In this document: one piece after another, positions 16,362 through 27,864 of the stretch
Position numbering within the stretch: position 1 is the first letter of the stretch
Layout of the letters: each line of letters opens with the position of its first letter
Assembly (NCBI RefSeq): GCF_000012465.1
Contig: NC_007335.2
Span: 1,590,001-1,622,000, forward strand
DNA: 32,000 nucleotides
Direction: 5' to 3'
Origin: Prochlorococcus marinus str. NATL2A
Lineage (GTDB): Bacteria > Cyanobacteriota > Cyanobacteriia > PCC-6307 > Cyanobiaceae
Notes under the pieces: model-generated
Databases searched by the model: none
Told to the model about the DNA's origin: nothing
Seen by the model: the letters and a program-made list of their open reading frames with translations, nothing else
Made by a program: the position numbers and the translations under genes

Positions 16362-16910
16362 TCAGCCTAAAGATTTCTCAATGCATGAAAAAACAACATC
16401 AATGTCAGCATTACCTTCTATCTCTTCAAGAATACCTTGCTTCTTATACAAATCAATTAGTGGAGAGGTTTTTTCTCTGTATATTTTTAGTCTGTTAGTT
16501 ATTACTTGCTCATTGTCATCCTGTCTTCCTCTCTCTACAAGCCTTTTAATTAAATAATCGTCAGCAACTTTTATTAAGATGACCCCCTCTAGAGGTTGAT
16601 TAATTTTTTCTAAAAGATTTTTTAGAGAATTAGCTTGATTGACATTTCTAGGGAACCCATCCAACAACCAACCCTCATTAATATTTGCCAACCTCCCTTC
16701 AACAATTGAGAGAACTAATTCATCACTCACTAATTCTCCTTTATTCATAATCTCAGCAGCTTTGATACCTAAAACAGATCCTGAGGAGACCTCATCTCTA
16801 AGTAAATCTCCAGTTGAAAGATGAATTAGTCCGTATTTTTTGCAAAAAAGATTTGCTTGAGTCCCTTTCCCCGCGCCAGGGGGGCCAAGAAATAGTAATT
16901 TTTTTTTCAT
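16362..16910 (-). CDS. adk: Adenylate kinase (short form, no zinc lid)
   Basis: P-loop GPPGAGKGTQ. 182 aa, downstream of secY. Confidence 0.95.
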   Translation of the reverse strand: MKKKLLFLGPPGAGKGTQANLFCKKYGLIHLSTGDLLRDEVSSGSVLGIKAAEIMNKGELVSDELVLSIVEGRLANINEGWLLDGFPRNVNQANSLKNLLEKINQPLEGVILIKVADDYLIKRLVERGRQDDNEQVITNRLKIYREKTSPLIDLYKKQGILEEIEGNADIDVVFSCIEKSLG

Positions 16911-16933
16911 TTAAATAAAATCATAGTAAAACT

Positions 16934-18253
16934 TTATTGGCGTACTAATCCTTCATATCTTTGAGAAATGACATAAGTCTGAATCTGTTTAGAGGTATCA
17001 ATTGCCACTCCTACCAAGATCAATAGTGACGTTGCCCCAAGCCCTTGAAAAGTTTGAACATTAGTTGCTCTCTCTACTGCAGCAGGGACAATAGCAACTG
17101 AACCAAGAAATAATCCACCAAGCAAAGTAAGGCGATTTTGAACACCTGAAAGGTAATTAGAAGTAGCACCTCCTGGTCTTACGCCTGGAATTGCAACACC
17201 ACCTTTTTTTAAATTAGAGGCTATGTCTAATGGATTAATTGTTAGAGAAGCATAAAAGTAAGCGAAACCTAAAATTAATGCAAAAAAGGTAATTGCATAT
17301 GGCCATGGGTTGGATGAGCCTGGATTAAGTGAACTCGCAGCCTTGATAAGTAAAGGATTTTGAGTAAAATTTGCGATTGTTATTGGTAGAAAAATTAATG
17401 CAGAAGCAAATATTATGGGCATAACGCCACCAGCATTTAACTTAAGAGGTAAATAACTTTGCCTACTTGGCAAAAGGGCTCCTCCACCCATTTGACTTTT
17501 TGCACTTACTATGGGAATCCTTCTAGCACCTTCTTGAACAAAAATAATACCAACAATAGTAATTAAAAAAACTATCAAAAGAATGATTATCCCCAGGACA
17601 TCCGCTCGATCTCCAGTCTGAGCTTTTTCAATAGTAGAACTAAGTGCCTTGGGCAAAGTAGCAACAATATTCAAAAAAATAACTAATGAAGCGCCTTGGC
17701 CTATCCCTTTTTCAGTAATGATCTCACTAAGCCACATAACTATCATCGATCCAGTGACTAATGCCAGTGATGTCTGAATAACGAATTCAGTTTCGCTAAT
17801 ACCTTCAACCGCATACTGTCGAAGAATCAAAGCAAAAACCGTGCTTTGAACCAATCCCCATCCCAAAGCGACGTATCTAGTGATTTGAGCAATCTTCCTT
17901 CTTCCTGCTTCTCCTTCATTTTTCTGTAAATCTTCCAATTGAGGTAAAGAGGCAGTAAGCAATTGAATAATTATTGACGCATTAATAAATGGAAGAATAC
18001 CTAGTGCAAAAACTCCTAAAGTTGAAATCCCACCGCCTGTAAAAATATCAAGAAATCCAATTAATTGTCCTCCCTGATCAATAAAAGTTTTAAAAGCCTC
18101 TCTATCTATTCCAGGCATAGGAATATAAATTCCTAATCTAACAATTAGCAATAAGCCTAGGGTCGTAAATACTCTACCCCTAAGTTCCTCATTACTAAAA
18201 AGCTGGGTGATTACTTCACCTGCACTTGGGTTTCGACCACGACTTATTAACAT
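16934..18253 (-). CDS. secY: Preprotein translocase subunit SecY
   Basis: 439-aa polytopic membrane protein at the canonical spc-operon position. Confidence 0.95.
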   Translation of the reverse strand: MLISRGRNPSAGEVITQLFSNEELRGRVFTTLGLLLIVRLGIYIPMPGIDREAFKTFIDQGGQLIGFLDIFTGGGISTLGVFALGILPFINASIIIQLLTASLPQLEDLQKNEGEAGRRKIAQITRYVALGWGLVQSTVFALILRQYAVEGISETEFVIQTSLALVTGSMIVMWLSEIITEKGIGQGASLVIFLNIVATLPKALSSTIEKAQTGDRADVLGIIILLIVFLITIVGIIFVQEGARRIPIVSAKSQMGGGALLPSRQSYLPLKLNAGGVMPIIFASALIFLPITIANFTQNPLLIKAASSLNPGSSNPWPYAITFFALILGFAYFYASLTINPLDIASNLKKGGVAIPGVRPGGATSNYLSGVQNRLTLLGGLFLGSVAIVPAAVERATNVQTFQGLGATSLLILVGVAIDTSKQIQTYVISQRYEGLVRQ

Positions 18254-18312
18254 TTAACAAGGATAATTGATTGGAGGCTAGTGTATAAAACTAAATTCTC
18301 GAGATAAAGCAA

Positions 18313-18765
18313 TTAGTTATATAGCTCACATGAGCCCCCGACTTCTTCAATTTTATTTTTAGCAGATGCTGTAAACGCTGCAGCTTGAACAGTCAATTTT
18401 ACTTCTAATTTCCCATTACCAAGGATTTTTAGAGGATTTTTTGGTTTAGTCAAAATACCCTCCTTGACCAATAAATCGAGGTTAACTATTGTCCCATCTT
18501 TCAATGCATTCAACCTAGAAACATTGAGGACAGTAAAATTTTTCTGATTAACAATTGGGAAATGCTTTAGTTTTGGAACTCGTCTGTACAAAGGCATTTG
18601 ACCACCCTCAAATCCTGGGCGAGTAGGTCTTCCTGATCTAGATTTTTGTCCCCTCATACCAAAGCCGCAACTAGCACCTTGACCAGCAGCTATTCCTCGA
18701 CCTTTACGCATTTTTTTACGTCTAGATCCTTTATTTGATTGAAGAGATTCTAATTTAATAGTCAT
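18313..18765 (-). CDS. rplO: 50S ribosomal protein L15
   Basis: L15 family sequence (Gly/Arg-rich N-terminus), in conserved order. Confidence 0.95.
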
Positions 18766-18770
18766 GATTT

Positions 18771-19397
18771 TTAGGAATAAATCTGCTCAAGTGAAATACC
18801 ACGCTCTTTTGCTGTGGCTTTATGAGTTCTTAACTCACTTAAAGCAACCATTGCAGCACGAGCATTATTAAGAGGGGTCTTACTGCCTAATCGCTTTGCA
18901 AGTACATTCTTAATTCCAGCTAACTCTAGAACGGTACGAATTGAACCACCCGCAATTACACCTGTTCCAGGAGCTGCAGGACGAATCAACACACTTGCTG
19001 CCCCATCTCTACCGTTAGAGAGAGTTGGGATCGAACTATTTCGAGTTAAAGGAACACGAACTAAATGTTTTTTGCCATCAGCAACTCCTTTACGAACGGC
19101 ACCTATAACATCTCCCGCTTTTCCAACACCAACTCCAACTTGTCCTTTTTCATTGCCTACTACAACTATTGCTCTAAAACTCATTTTTTTTCCACCTTTG
19201 ACTGTTTTCGAAACCCTTCTAATTTGGACAACTCTTTCTTGCCATTCAGAATCTCTTTCTTGACCTCTTCGATCTCTTCTTCCTCCGCGTTTTTCACCAC
19301 GACTGCGACGATTTTCCTGCCTACCATCTGCCGCTGGAGGGGCACTTGATGATCCAGAAGTTTTTTTATTTGGGGACTGGTTGTTAGAGTCTGTCAT
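18771..19397 (-). CDS. rpsE: 30S ribosomal protein S5, with an Arg/Gly-rich N-terminal extension
   Basis: S5 core ([15 protein letters not shown]...) preceded by an approximately 50-aa basic extension. Confidence 0.95.
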
Positions 19398-19411
19398 TAT
19401 TAAAGCAATGA

Positions 19412-19780
19412 TTAAAAGTTCAAGCCTGCCACTCTGGCAGCTTCGGCTAGAGCTTTAACCCTGCCATGATAGATGTTCCCACCTCTGTCAAAGATAACTT
19501 GTTTGATGCCTTTTGATAAAGCTTTTTTTGCAACAAGCTCTCCTACTGCTGTAGAAGCATCGCAACTTCCAGCATTAACTTTTAAAGAAGCTTTCAGGTC
19601 TTTATCAAGAGTTGATGCTGCACATATAGTGTTTTGAGCATCGTCATCTATTATTTGAGCATAAATGTGGTTATTAGAACGAAAAACAGCAAGTCTTGGT
19701 CGAGACTCTGTTCCGCTTAAGTTTCTCCTCAAGCGTTTATGTCGTTTTTGGGTCTGTTGTTTTCTAGAAAGTTTTGACAT
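19412..19780 (-). CDS. rplR: 50S ribosomal protein L18
   Basis: L18 family sequence, in conserved order. Confidence 0.95.
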   Translation of the reverse strand: MSKLSRKQQTQKRHKRLRRNLSGTESRPRLAVFRSNNHIYAQIIDDDAQNTICAASTLDKDLKASLKVNAGSCDASTAVGELVAKKALSKGIKQVIFDRGGNIYHGRVKALAEAARVAGLNF

Positions 19781-19813
19781 GACTAAAGTTTTTAAAAAGA
19801 CAAATAAACAAGA

Positions 19814-20353
19814 TTAAGTTTTGCCAGACTTACCAGCTTTTCTAATTATTAGTTCTCCTTGATATTTAATTCCTTTGCCTTTATAAGGTTCTGGGGGCCT
19901 GATTGCTCTAATTTTGGCAGCTTCATTGCCAACTAATTCTTTATCAGGTCCAGTTACAATCACATTTGTATTATTTTCAACTTTAAAAGTTATGCCTTCT
20001 GGAGGAACAACCTCAACTGGATGACTATAACCTGCACTAACAACAAGAGTTTTTCCTTTTACTTGGGCTCTTGATCCCACACCAACAATCTCAAGTTTTT
20101 TTGTAAAACCATTACTAACTCCCTCAACCATATTTGCAACAAGAGATCTACATAGCCCATGCATTTCCCTAGACTGTCTTTTTTCATTTATAGGTTTAAC
20201 AAAAATAAAGTTTTCATCTTTGCTTAGGCTTACCCCATTAGGAAGAGTTCTCTTCAGTTCTCCTTTCGGACCTTTTACAGTGATGGAAAGCCCTTCAAAT
20301 TTTACATCTACCTTTTCGGGAAGGGAGATTGGTTTTTTTCCAGTACGAGACAT
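19814..20353 (-). CDS. rplF: 50S ribosomal protein L6
   Basis: L6 family sequence (MSRTGKKPI...), in conserved order. Confidence 0.95.
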   Translation of the reverse strand: MSRTGKKPISLPEKVDVKFEGLSITVKGPKGELKRTLPNGVSLSKDENFIFVKPINEKRQSREMHGLCRSLVANMVEGVSNGFTKKLEIVGVGSRAQVKGKTLVVSAGYSHPVEVVPPEGITFKVENNTNVIVTGPDKELVGNEAAKIRAIRPPEPYKGKGIKYQGELIIRKAGKSGKT

Positions 20354-20370
20354 AATAAATACCTAATCAA

Positions 20371-20772
20371 TCAACAGACGTAGCAGAGGACTTCTCCTCC
20401 AACACCTTGCTTCCGAGCATCACGATCACTCATGACACCGTTAGAGGTAGAAATTATTGCAATTCCAAGACCTCCTAAAACTTTTGGTAATCCTCGAGTA
20501 TTTTTATAAATCCTCAAGCCAGGCTTACTAACTCGCTGCATGGAACGAATAATTGGTGAGCGATGCTTCCCAGTATATTTCAATCCAAGAATGAGCTGCT
20601 TTCGAAAGCCTTCTCCTTCTTCATTGATTTCAGCAATGAATCCCTCACTTTGAAGAACCTTAGCGATACTAAGAGACATTCTTGAAGCAGGGACTTTGGT
20701 TTTTTCATGACGTTTTTCACTTGCATTTCTTATGCGAGTGAGCATGTCTGAAATTGGATCGTGGTTGGCCAT
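20371..20772 (-). CDS. rpsH: 30S ribosomal protein S8
   Basis: [13 protein letters not shown] signature. Confidence 0.95.
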   Translation of the reverse strand: MANHDPISDMLTRIRNASEKRHEKTKVPASRMSLSIAKVLQSEGFIAEINEEGEGFRKQLILGLKYTGKHRSPIIRSMQRVSKPGLRIYKNTRGLPKVLGGLGIAIISTSNGVMSDRDARKQGVGGEVLCYVC

Positions 20773-20791
20773 AGTATTTAGCTAATCAAAC

Positions 20792-21331
20792 TCATTTTTT
20801 ACGGAAAGGCATTCCCATTTCACTTAGAAGAGCCTTACCTTGTTCATCAGAGGAAGCACTGGTCACAATTGTGATATCCATGCCTCTAATGGTGTCGACT
20901 TTGTCAAAAGTAATCTCAGGGAAAATAAGTTGCTCTTTGACTCCAATGGTGTAATTTCCTCGGCCATCAAAGCTTTTTGGACTCACACCACGAAAATCTC
21001 TGATTCTTGGAAGTGCCAAATTTATGAACCTTTCCAAAAATGCATACATTCGGTCACCTCTAAGTGTGACGGCGCAACCTATGGGCATGCCTTGTCTGAT
21101 CTTAAAAGTAGCAATTGCTTTCTTAGCTCTTGTCACAAGAGCTTTTTGTCCCGAAATTGTTGCCATTTCCTTTAGAGAGGCCTCTAAAGCTTTTGAATTC
21201 GTTGCGGCTTCACCAAGACCTCTATTTAAAGTGACCTTTTGCACCTTAGGAACTTGATGAACATTTTTTAGACCAAGATCTTTTAAAAGCTTTGGTCGAA
21301 TTGTCTCTCGGTAACGTGTTTTTAGTGACAT
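20792..21331 (-). CDS. rplE: 50S ribosomal protein L5
   Basis: L5 family sequence. It is followed directly by rpsH, with no rpsN between them. Confidence 0.95.
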   Translation of the reverse strand: MSLKTRYRETIRPKLLKDLGLKNVHQVPKVQKVTLNRGLGEAATNSKALEASLKEMATISGQKALVTRAKKAIATFKIRQGMPIGCAVTLRGDRMYAFLERFINLALPRIRDFRGVSPKSFDGRGNYTIGVKEQLIFPEITFDKVDTIRGMDITIVTSASSDEQGKALLSEMGMPFRKK

Positions 21332-21420
21332 TGTTGGAAAAAAGTTAATTCTGGTCTTGGTCAGAATTCAATTGGGAAAAGAAAGTCTGCTGTACTTGAT
21401 TCAGACAAAGGAATAGTGAA

Positions 21421-21777
21421 TTAATCGATTAATTCCCCAGTCTTTTTTAATCGTCGTTTCTTTGATCCGTCTTTATCTACAAAAATCTCAACCTTACTAG
21501 CAACTTTTTCTTTAGTTGAGTAGATCATTACATTTGAAGCATGCAAGGAAAATTCTTTGGTTTCTATTCGACCAGTTTCTCCTTCTTGTGAGGGTTTTAC
21601 ATGCTTTGTTCTTTGGTTAATTCCTTGGACTAAAACCCTATTTTCATAGGGAAGTGTTTTAAGGACTTCACCGGTTTTACCCTTGTCCTTTCCAGAAATA
21701 ACCTGAACTGTGTCTCCTTTACGGATTTTCATTTTGATCCGATCAGCAGAACCTTTGGTTTTGTTAATTGCTGGCAT
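21421..21777 (-). CDS. rplX: 50S ribosomal protein L24
   Basis: KOW-type motif ([17 protein letters not shown]). Confidence 0.95.
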   Translation of the reverse strand: MPAINKTKGSADRIKMKIRKGDTVQVISGKDKGKTGEVLKTLPYENRVLVQGINQRTKHVKPSQEGETGRIETKEFSLHASNVMIYSTKEKVASKVEIFVDKDGSKKRRLKKTGELID

Positions 21778-21779
21778 GA

Positions 21780-22145
21780 CTAAATAACCTCTGGAGCTAA
21801 AGAGACAATTTTAGTAAAATTGCGCTCTCTTAATTCTCGTGCGACGGGACCAAATACCCTAGTACCTCTTGGGTTTTGATCATCATTAATAAGAACAGCA
21901 GCGTTGTCATCAAAGCGAATTGAATTTCCAGTCTCTCTACGCATTGTTGCTCTCGTACGAACAACAACTGCTTTAACGACATCTGATTTTTTGACTCCCA
22001 TATTTGGCATCGCATCTTTAACAGAAGCAACAATCACATCACCAACGTGGGCATACCGGCGATTAGAACCCAAGACCCTTATGCATTGCAAACGTTTGGC
22101 CCCACTATTATCTGCAACGGTTAAGAATGTTTCTTGCTGAATCAT
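21780..22145 (-). CDS. rplN: 50S ribosomal protein L14
   Basis: [17 protein letters not shown] signature. Confidence 0.95.
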   Translation of the reverse strand: MIQQETFLTVADNSGAKRLQCIRVLGSNRRYAHVGDVIVASVKDAMPNMGVKKSDVVKAVVVRTRATMRRETGNSIRFDDNAAVLINDDQNPRGTRVFGPVARELRERNFTKIVSLAPEVI

Positions 22146-22408
22146 TTTGCAGCCTCCTTAGATTTCATACCCTTAACAAGAACATCTGTAACCGTCCATC
22201 GTTTGTGAGCGCTAATAGGAGGAGACTCTTTAATTCGAACTCTGTCTCCCACTTTGCAATGGTTTTCTGCATCATGGGCTTTATATCTAGTCGTACGACT
22301 AATAATTTTTTGGTAGATAGGATGTGGAAATCTATTTTCCACAGCTACGACTACTGTTTTTTGCATTTTGTCACTGACAACAGTGCCAACCATTTCCTTA
22401 AGTGCCAT
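22142..22408 (-). CDS. rpsQ: 30S ribosomal protein S17
   Basis: S17 family sequence. The ORF is open to 22450, but the ATG at 22408 ([15 protein letters not shown]...) gives the expected 88 aa and avoids overlap with rpmC. Confidence 0.9.
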   Translation of the reverse strand: MALKEMVGTVVSDKMQKTVVVAVENRFPHPIYQKIISRTTRYKAHDAENHCKVGDRVRIKESPPISAHKRWTVTDVLVKGMKSKEAAK

Positions 22409-22418
22409 AACTAAAAAA

Positions 22419-22631
22419 TCAAGATGATGTGTTTGAGCGGCTTCGCTCATTAGAAACCGTTAAAAGTTGAGCCAATTCAGTTCGTGCCTCTTTGAAACGG
22501 TGAGTTTTAGCTAGCTGTCTGGTGGCTTGCTTAAAACGAAGGTCAAAAAGTTCTTTACGAAGATTTTGAATCTTGTCTGACATCTCGGAATCAGAGAGAT
22601 TCCGTAGATCTTTCGTAGTTGTTTTGCTCAT
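22419..22631 (-). CDS. rpmC: 50S ribosomal protein L29
   Basis: L29 family sequence ([17 protein letters not shown]). Confidence 0.95.
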
Positions 22632-23113
22632 GATGATGACTCCGAATCATCTGCTGTAACTGGCGTTTTAGCAGGTTTATAATTTCCCTTATTGAGATCT
22701 TCATCTAGGGAAATAAATTTTGTTTTAACAGGCAGCTTGTATTGAGCAAGTCGCATTGCCTCTTTTGCAATTGCCTCTGTAATTTCGTCTCCGCCCATTT
22801 CAAACAAGATTCGACCAGGTTTGACAACTGCAACCCAAAATTCTGGATTACCTTTACCAGATCCCATTCTTGTTTCAGCAGGCCTCATTGTCACTGGCTT
22901 ATCTGGGAAAATACGAATCCAAATCTGTCCTCCCCTTTTGACATAACGAGTCATTGCTCGTCGACTTGCCTCGATTTGCCTTGAGGTGACCCATCCACAG
23001 TCTTGAGCTTGCAATGCAAACTGACCAAAAGCGATTTTGTTGCCTCTAGTGGCAACGCCGCGCATACGGCCTCTTTGTTGTTTACGAAATTTGGTTCTTT
23101 TTGGGCTAAGCAT
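22628..23113 (-). CDS. rplP: 50S ribosomal protein L16
   Basis: [17 protein letters not shown] signature. Confidence 0.95.
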
Positions 23114-23125
23114 GATTAAAACTCC

Positions 23126-23860
23126 TTATTTACCTTCATTGGAACGATCCTCAAATTGTTGAGGCCTTCGATTTCCCCTACTTCGTCGAGGAGAAGAACC
23201 GACAGGCAAGGGTTGTTCTTCTTTAGGAAGAACTTCGCCTTTGAAAACCCATACCTTGATTCCTAAAACGCCATAGGTTGTACTAGCTACTTTGGTTGCA
23301 TAATCAATTTCTGCTCTCAAAGTGTGGAGAGGAACTCTCCCCTCACGTGTCCATTCAGAACGTGCTATTTCAGCACCATTCAGCCTTCCACCAACTTGTA
23401 TTTTTAGACCTAAAACACCAGCTCTTTGGGCTCTTTGTACCGCCATTCGGATTGTTCGTCTAAAAGCAACACGCTTTTCAAGTTGCTGCGCAATATATTC
23501 AGCCAGAAGATAAGCATCAGCATCAACTTTTTCTACTTCAACTACATTTATGCGGACTTGTCTATTTCTATCACCAATTGTTTTTTGAATACCCGATCTG
23601 AGTTCTTCAATCCCACTTCCTTGCCTACCCACAATTACTCCAGGCCTAGCAGTTTTCAATTCAACCTCAAGTTGATCTGCCTTTCGGGCAATCAATACAT
23701 CACTTATGCCTGCTGCTAAATATTTTTTCTTGATGAAAGTACGGATCCGATCATCTTCTTGCAGCAATAAGGGATAAGTTTTACTTGGTGCGTACCATTT
23801 AGAACGATGTTCTTGGGTGATACCAAGCCTAATTCCGGTAGGGTGAATTTTATGTCCCAT
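23126..23860 (-). CDS. rpsC: 30S ribosomal protein S3
   Basis: [14 protein letters not shown] signature, with a basic C-terminal extension. Confidence 0.95.
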
Positions 23861-24240
23861 CAGTCTGAGTCCTCAGAATTGGTTGATTGAGTGGCCGAAA
23901 CAGAAATGCTGATGTGGCACGTCTGCTTTTTGATAGCAAATGCTCTGCCTTGAGCCCTAGGCCGATAGCGCTTCATTGGTGGGCCCATGTCAGCCGTAGC
24001 AGTGGAAATCATCAAAGAAGAAGGGTCAAGTCCAAGATTGTTTTCTGCATTAGCAACAGCTGATCTCAATACCTTTGTTATTGGCTCAGTTGATCGGTAA
24101 GGCATGAATTCAAGCATAATTAATGCATCCCTGTAAGTTCTTCCTCTTATTTGATCAAGTACACGTCTTACTTTTGAAGCAGATCCGCGGATGTAACGAC
24201 CATGAGCTTGGGCTGTCGTTTTAGTAGATGAAGTAGTCAT
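23860..24240 (-). CDS. rplV: 50S ribosomal protein L22
   Basis: L22 family sequence, in conserved order. Confidence 0.95.
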
Positions 24241-24242
24241 GA

Positions 24243-24518
24243 TTAGCGTGCTCCTTTTTTATCTCTGATGTGACCTCTGTAGGTTCGAGTTGGGGCAAAC
24301 TCACCTAACTTGTGTCCAACCATTTGCTCAGTTATAAAAACTGGTATGTGGCTTTTTCCATTGTGAACAGCAATTGTGTGGCCAATCATCAATGGCAGAA
24401 TTGTTGAAGCTCTTGACCATGTTTTGATGACAGCTTTATCGTCATTAGAGTTTTGCTTCTCGATTTTACGAAGCAAACTGTCTGAAATAAAAGGCCCTTT
24501 TTTGAGTGAACGTCCCAT
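24243..24518 (-). CDS. rpsS: 30S ribosomal protein S19
   Basis: [10 protein letters not shown] signature. Confidence 0.95.
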
Positions 24519-24553
24519 AACGGTTTAAAAGAATTGGTGAAGAAAGATAGAAA

Positions 24554-25417
24554 TCATGAATCGCGACCTCCTCTACTCCGTTTAGATACTTTGCGTCGTT
24601 TTCGAAGAACGTACTTATTACTGGGCTTATTCTTCTTCCTAGTTTTTAAACCAAGAGCAGCTTTACCCCAAGGGGTTACAGGACCAGCACGTCCAACAGG
24701 TGCTTTTCCCTCTCCACCTCCATGAGGGTGATCGCATGGATTCATTACACTTCCTCTAACTTGAGGTCGTCTTCCAAGCCATCTTCTTCTTCCAGCTTTT
24801 CCAAGGCTCGTATTTCTAATTTCTGAATTACCAACCTCTCCAAGAGTGGCGTAGCATTCTTTTCTAACTAAACGAACTTCAGTTGAAGGTAATTTCAAAG
24901 CAACATAATCTCCTTCCTTAGCCATGACTTGGGCACTAGCTCCAGCTGTACGAACCATCTGACCGCCTCGGCCTGGATACAGCTCAACACAATGAACGCT
25001 CGAGCCTAAAGGCATTGAAGAAAGTGGTAAAGCATTCCCAGTTTCAATTGGTGCATCTGGACCTGAAATAACTTCTTGCCCAACAGTTATGTCAGCAGGA
25101 GCAAGTATGTATCTCTTTTCACCATCAGAGTAGAAAAGTAGAGCAAGTCTTGCATTCCGATGTGGGTCATAATGTATTGCCGCAACTTTGGCCGAAACAC
25201 CATGCTTATTTCGACGAAAATCAACAATCCGATATAACCTCTTATGCCCCCCTCCTCTATGTCGACAAGTAATTACTCCTCTATTGTTGCGCCCTTTTTT
25301 TCGATGCTTGGATACTACAAGTGAGCGCTCAGGTTTACTGGATGTAACTTCACTAAAGTCAGTTACTACTCTTGAACGAGTACCAGGTGTGTAAGGTTTG
25401 AAACTTCTTATTGCCAT
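24554..25417 (-). CDS. rplB: 50S ribosomal protein L2
   Basis: 287 aa with the L2 signature ([13 protein letters not shown]). Confidence 0.95.
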
Positions 25418-25421
25418 TGTT

Positions 25422-25739
25422 TTAAGCCTCCTCTGATTCTGGGAACAACTGTATGGAGTTGCCTTCAGCTAGGCGGACCACAGCCTTCTTCACTTGAGGC
25501 CTCTTTCCAGAAAACCTGCCAACTCGTCTGCTTTTTCTTGGGGGATTCATAGTACTAATACCAAGAACCTTGACATCAAACATTTTTTCTACAGCAGCTT
25601 TTATGTCTGGCTTAGCTGCCCTTGGATCGACTTCAAACGTATACTGATTTAAATCCAAAGCTTTTGTAGCCTTCTCAGTTATCAAAGGACGCTTAATCAC
25701 ATCAGTAAGTCGTTTCTCAAAAAATTTAGTCATTACCAT
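25422..25739 (-). CDS. rplW: 50S ribosomal protein L23
   Basis: L23 family sequence. The start may be the ATG at 25733. Confidence 0.95.
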
Positions 25740-26364
25740 AGACCTCCTTAATGGTTGATAATGCGTCTTCGCCTATTACCAAAGAATTGGCATTGAGAAG
25801 ATCAAACACATTTAATTGATCGGCAGAGATAAGCTTTACTTTCTCTAAGTTTTTAATTGAACGCTTTATAATTTCTGATGGTTTATTGAGAATAATGAGA
25901 ATTTTCACATCAGAATCAATTCCTACTCGCTTGAGTAGAGCAACAATTTCACTTGTTTTTGGAACTTCAAGCTTTGAACCGAAGTCTTTGATTATTTTTG
26001 CGTCTGGAATTCTACTCATTAGAGCAGTCCGAAGAGCTAGCCTTCGCTCCTTCCTATTCATTTCCAAGTTATATTTGCGAGGCTTAGGGCCAAATATAAT
26101 CCCACCTCCTGGTCGAAGAGGAGTTCTAATTGAGCCTTGTCTTGCTCTACCAGTACCCTTTTGCTTGTAGGGTTTTCGCCCACCTCCTCGAACCTCAGAC
26201 CTAGTCAAAGTGCTTGCAGTACCTTGACGGCTGTGAGCCTGTTGACGCAAAACAGCACGATGTAATAAATCTGCGGCTGAGGATTCCTTTGCAGTCTTCA
26301 AATCAATTGATGATTCTCCAGCCTCTTTCCCTTGCCAATCAAGAACAGTACAGTTAGTCATCAT
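25726..26364 (-). CDS. rplD: 50S ribosomal protein L4
   Basis: L4 family sequence ([19 protein letters not shown]). Confidence 0.95.
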   Translation of the reverse strand: MMTNCTVLDWQGKEAGESSIDLKTAKESSAADLLHRAVLRQQAHSRQGTASTLTRSEVRGGGRKPYKQKGTGRARQGSIRTPLRPGGGIIFGPKPRKYNLEMNRKERRLALRTALMSRIPDAKIIKDFGSKLEVPKTSEIVALLKRVGIDSDVKILIILNKPSEIIKRSIKNLEKVKLISADQLNVFDLLNANSLVIGEDALSTIKEVYGND

Positions 26365-27017
26365 TTACCTCCTTGCTGGGTAGGGGCGCCAACTCTTTTG
26401 GCTGGTCTTATATTTAAAAGAGATCCAGGCTTCCCTGGAACGGATCCTTTTACTACCAATAAATTGTGATTTGTATCTATCTTTAGAATTTCAAGTGCTC
26501 TGGTAGTGACTTTTTTACCGCCCATTCGACCAGCCATCCTTTTTCCAGGATAAACACGACCTGGAGTTGTTCCAGCTCCTATTGAACCAGGTAATCGATG
26601 ATTCTTTGAACCGTGACTCATGGGACCTCGGCTAAATCCATGTCGCTTTTGATAACCAGCGAATCCTCTACCCATAGTGTCACCACTAATATCAACTTTT
26701 TGACCTTTTTCGAAATCATCAACGGTTATTGAAGCTCCAAGTTCAAATTCACTAGAATTTTCTACTCGGTACTCTCGAAGATGACGCAAAAGGTCATTCC
26801 CTGATTTAGCAAGGTGACCTTTTGAAGGTTTGTTGATAAGTTTTTCACGAATTAACTGAAAGCCTATCTGTACAGCGGCATAGCCATCCGTATCAGCAGA
26901 TTTCAATTGAGTGATTCGACAGGGACCCGCTTCGATCAAAGTGACTGGAACGGCTCTGCCTTGATCATCGAAGAGTTGGGACATACCCAACTTCTTACCT
27001 AAGATTCCTAAAGACAT
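26361..27017 (-). CDS. rplC: 50S ribosomal protein L3
   Basis: L3 family sequence. It is the first gene of the cluster, with no rpsJ upstream. Confidence 0.95.
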   Translation of the reverse strand: MSLGILGKKLGMSQLFDDQGRAVPVTLIEAGPCRITQLKSADTDGYAAVQIGFQLIREKLINKPSKGHLAKSGNDLLRHLREYRVENSSEFELGASITVDDFEKGQKVDISGDTMGRGFAGYQKRHGFSRGPMSHGSKNHRLPGSIGAGTTPGRVYPGKRMAGRMGGKKVTTRALEILKIDTNHNLLVVKGSVPGKPGSLLNIRPAKRVGAPTQQGGK

Positions 27018-27387
27018 GAGTTAAATAAACGCCAGCAAAAGGTCAATCATCTCTAAGGAGAAAGACTTGAAATCTGAATTAAATCGCCTATCTAGCCAAA
27101 AAAGTTGAAATTAATTGAAGTTCAATTTATTTGGAAATGCTAGCGACAATCAGCTGGCTGAGACTTTTTTAAACTTTTCACAAAGTTCAAATAGTATCTC
27201 GACAAAAGAAAATTAATTCTTCTGCACTGGCCAAAAAGACTAAACGCAAACGTCTAATCTGCTCAAGCATCCAGAGGCTCGGCTAGCGGGCGAGCATAGA
27301 AAAGCTTTAGCAACTTAAAAGATTACACTATTAACACCCATTTTGTGTGATGCTTCACTTGAATAAGAGAAAGAATTTGATTTAAGG

Positions 27388-27852
27388 ATGCCTTTATTAC
27401 TCTCTGGCCAGAAATTTCGCACTGATCTTGAATCATTCGGCTGCCTTGCCATCCTTTCTCCATTAGAAGGAGGAGCAGAAACTCGTTTACTTCGAAGACT
27501 AAGAGCTAGTGGATATCAAACACAGGTAACTTCCGCTCGAGGATTGGGAGATCCAGTTGTCTTTCTTACCCAATTACATGGAATCCGACCACCACATTTG
27601 GGACATCAAAATGTAGGGCGAAATGGTGCTTTAGGCGAAGTTCAACAAGTTATTCCTCAATTAAATGAATTGTTAGTCGAAGATAAACCCCTAGTTCTAT
27701 GGTTATTAGAGGGTCAAGTCTTATCCAAGTCGGAACTATTAGCAATAAATAATCTCTGCCAAAAGGAACCTCGTATAAAAATTGTTATTGAAATGGGTGG
27801 GGCTCGAAGTATTAAATGGCAACCTTTAAATGAATTCATTAATAAGGATTAG
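27388..27852 (+). CDS. ndhN: NAD(P)H-quinone oxidoreductase (NDH-1) subunit N
   Basis: The sequence pattern PLEGG....RLRA.GY...SARGLGD...LT..HG.RPPHLG matches what I recall of cyanobacterial NdhN. Confidence 0.8.
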   Translation: MPLLLSGQKFRTDLESFGCLAILSPLEGGAETRLLRRLRASGYQTQVTSARGLGDPVVFLTQLHGIRPPHLGHQNVGRNGALGEVQQVIPQLNELLVEDKPLVLWLLEGQVLSKSELLAINNLCQKEPRIKIVIEMGGARSIKWQPLNEFINKD

Positions 27853-27864
27853 AAATTCATCAAG

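Noticed and set aside
22409-22450. Extended rpsQ start that overlaps rpmC by 32 nt
   Set aside because: The ATG at 22408 gives a canonical 88-aa S17 beginning MALKEMVG. The upstream codons are not S17-like.
15666-26170. Many + strand or out-of-frame ORFs of 60-110 aa inside the ribosomal cluster. Examples are 15666-15947, 16318-16557, 16639-16824, 19065-19349, 20840-21175, 21904-22140, 22127-22414, 22742-22984, 23322-23719, 24534-24725, 25188-25394 and 25886-26170.
   Set aside because: All lie fully inside strongly recognisable minus-strand genes. Their translations are low-complexity or Ser/Leu/Phe-rich shadow frames. The same applies to 3241-3468, 8776-9003, 28454-28651 and 30219-30470 inside other confident genes.
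16089-27017. rpsJ (S10), rpsN (S14), rpmD (L30) and infA are absent from their E. coli-type positions in the cluster
   Set aside because: This operon layout is the normal cyanobacterial and plastid-like arrangement. S10 sits with the tufA/fusA (str) operon, S14 and infA are elsewhere, and L30 is missing. The spacers here (19 bp between rplE and rpsH, 5 bp between rpsE and rplO) leave no room for decayed genes.
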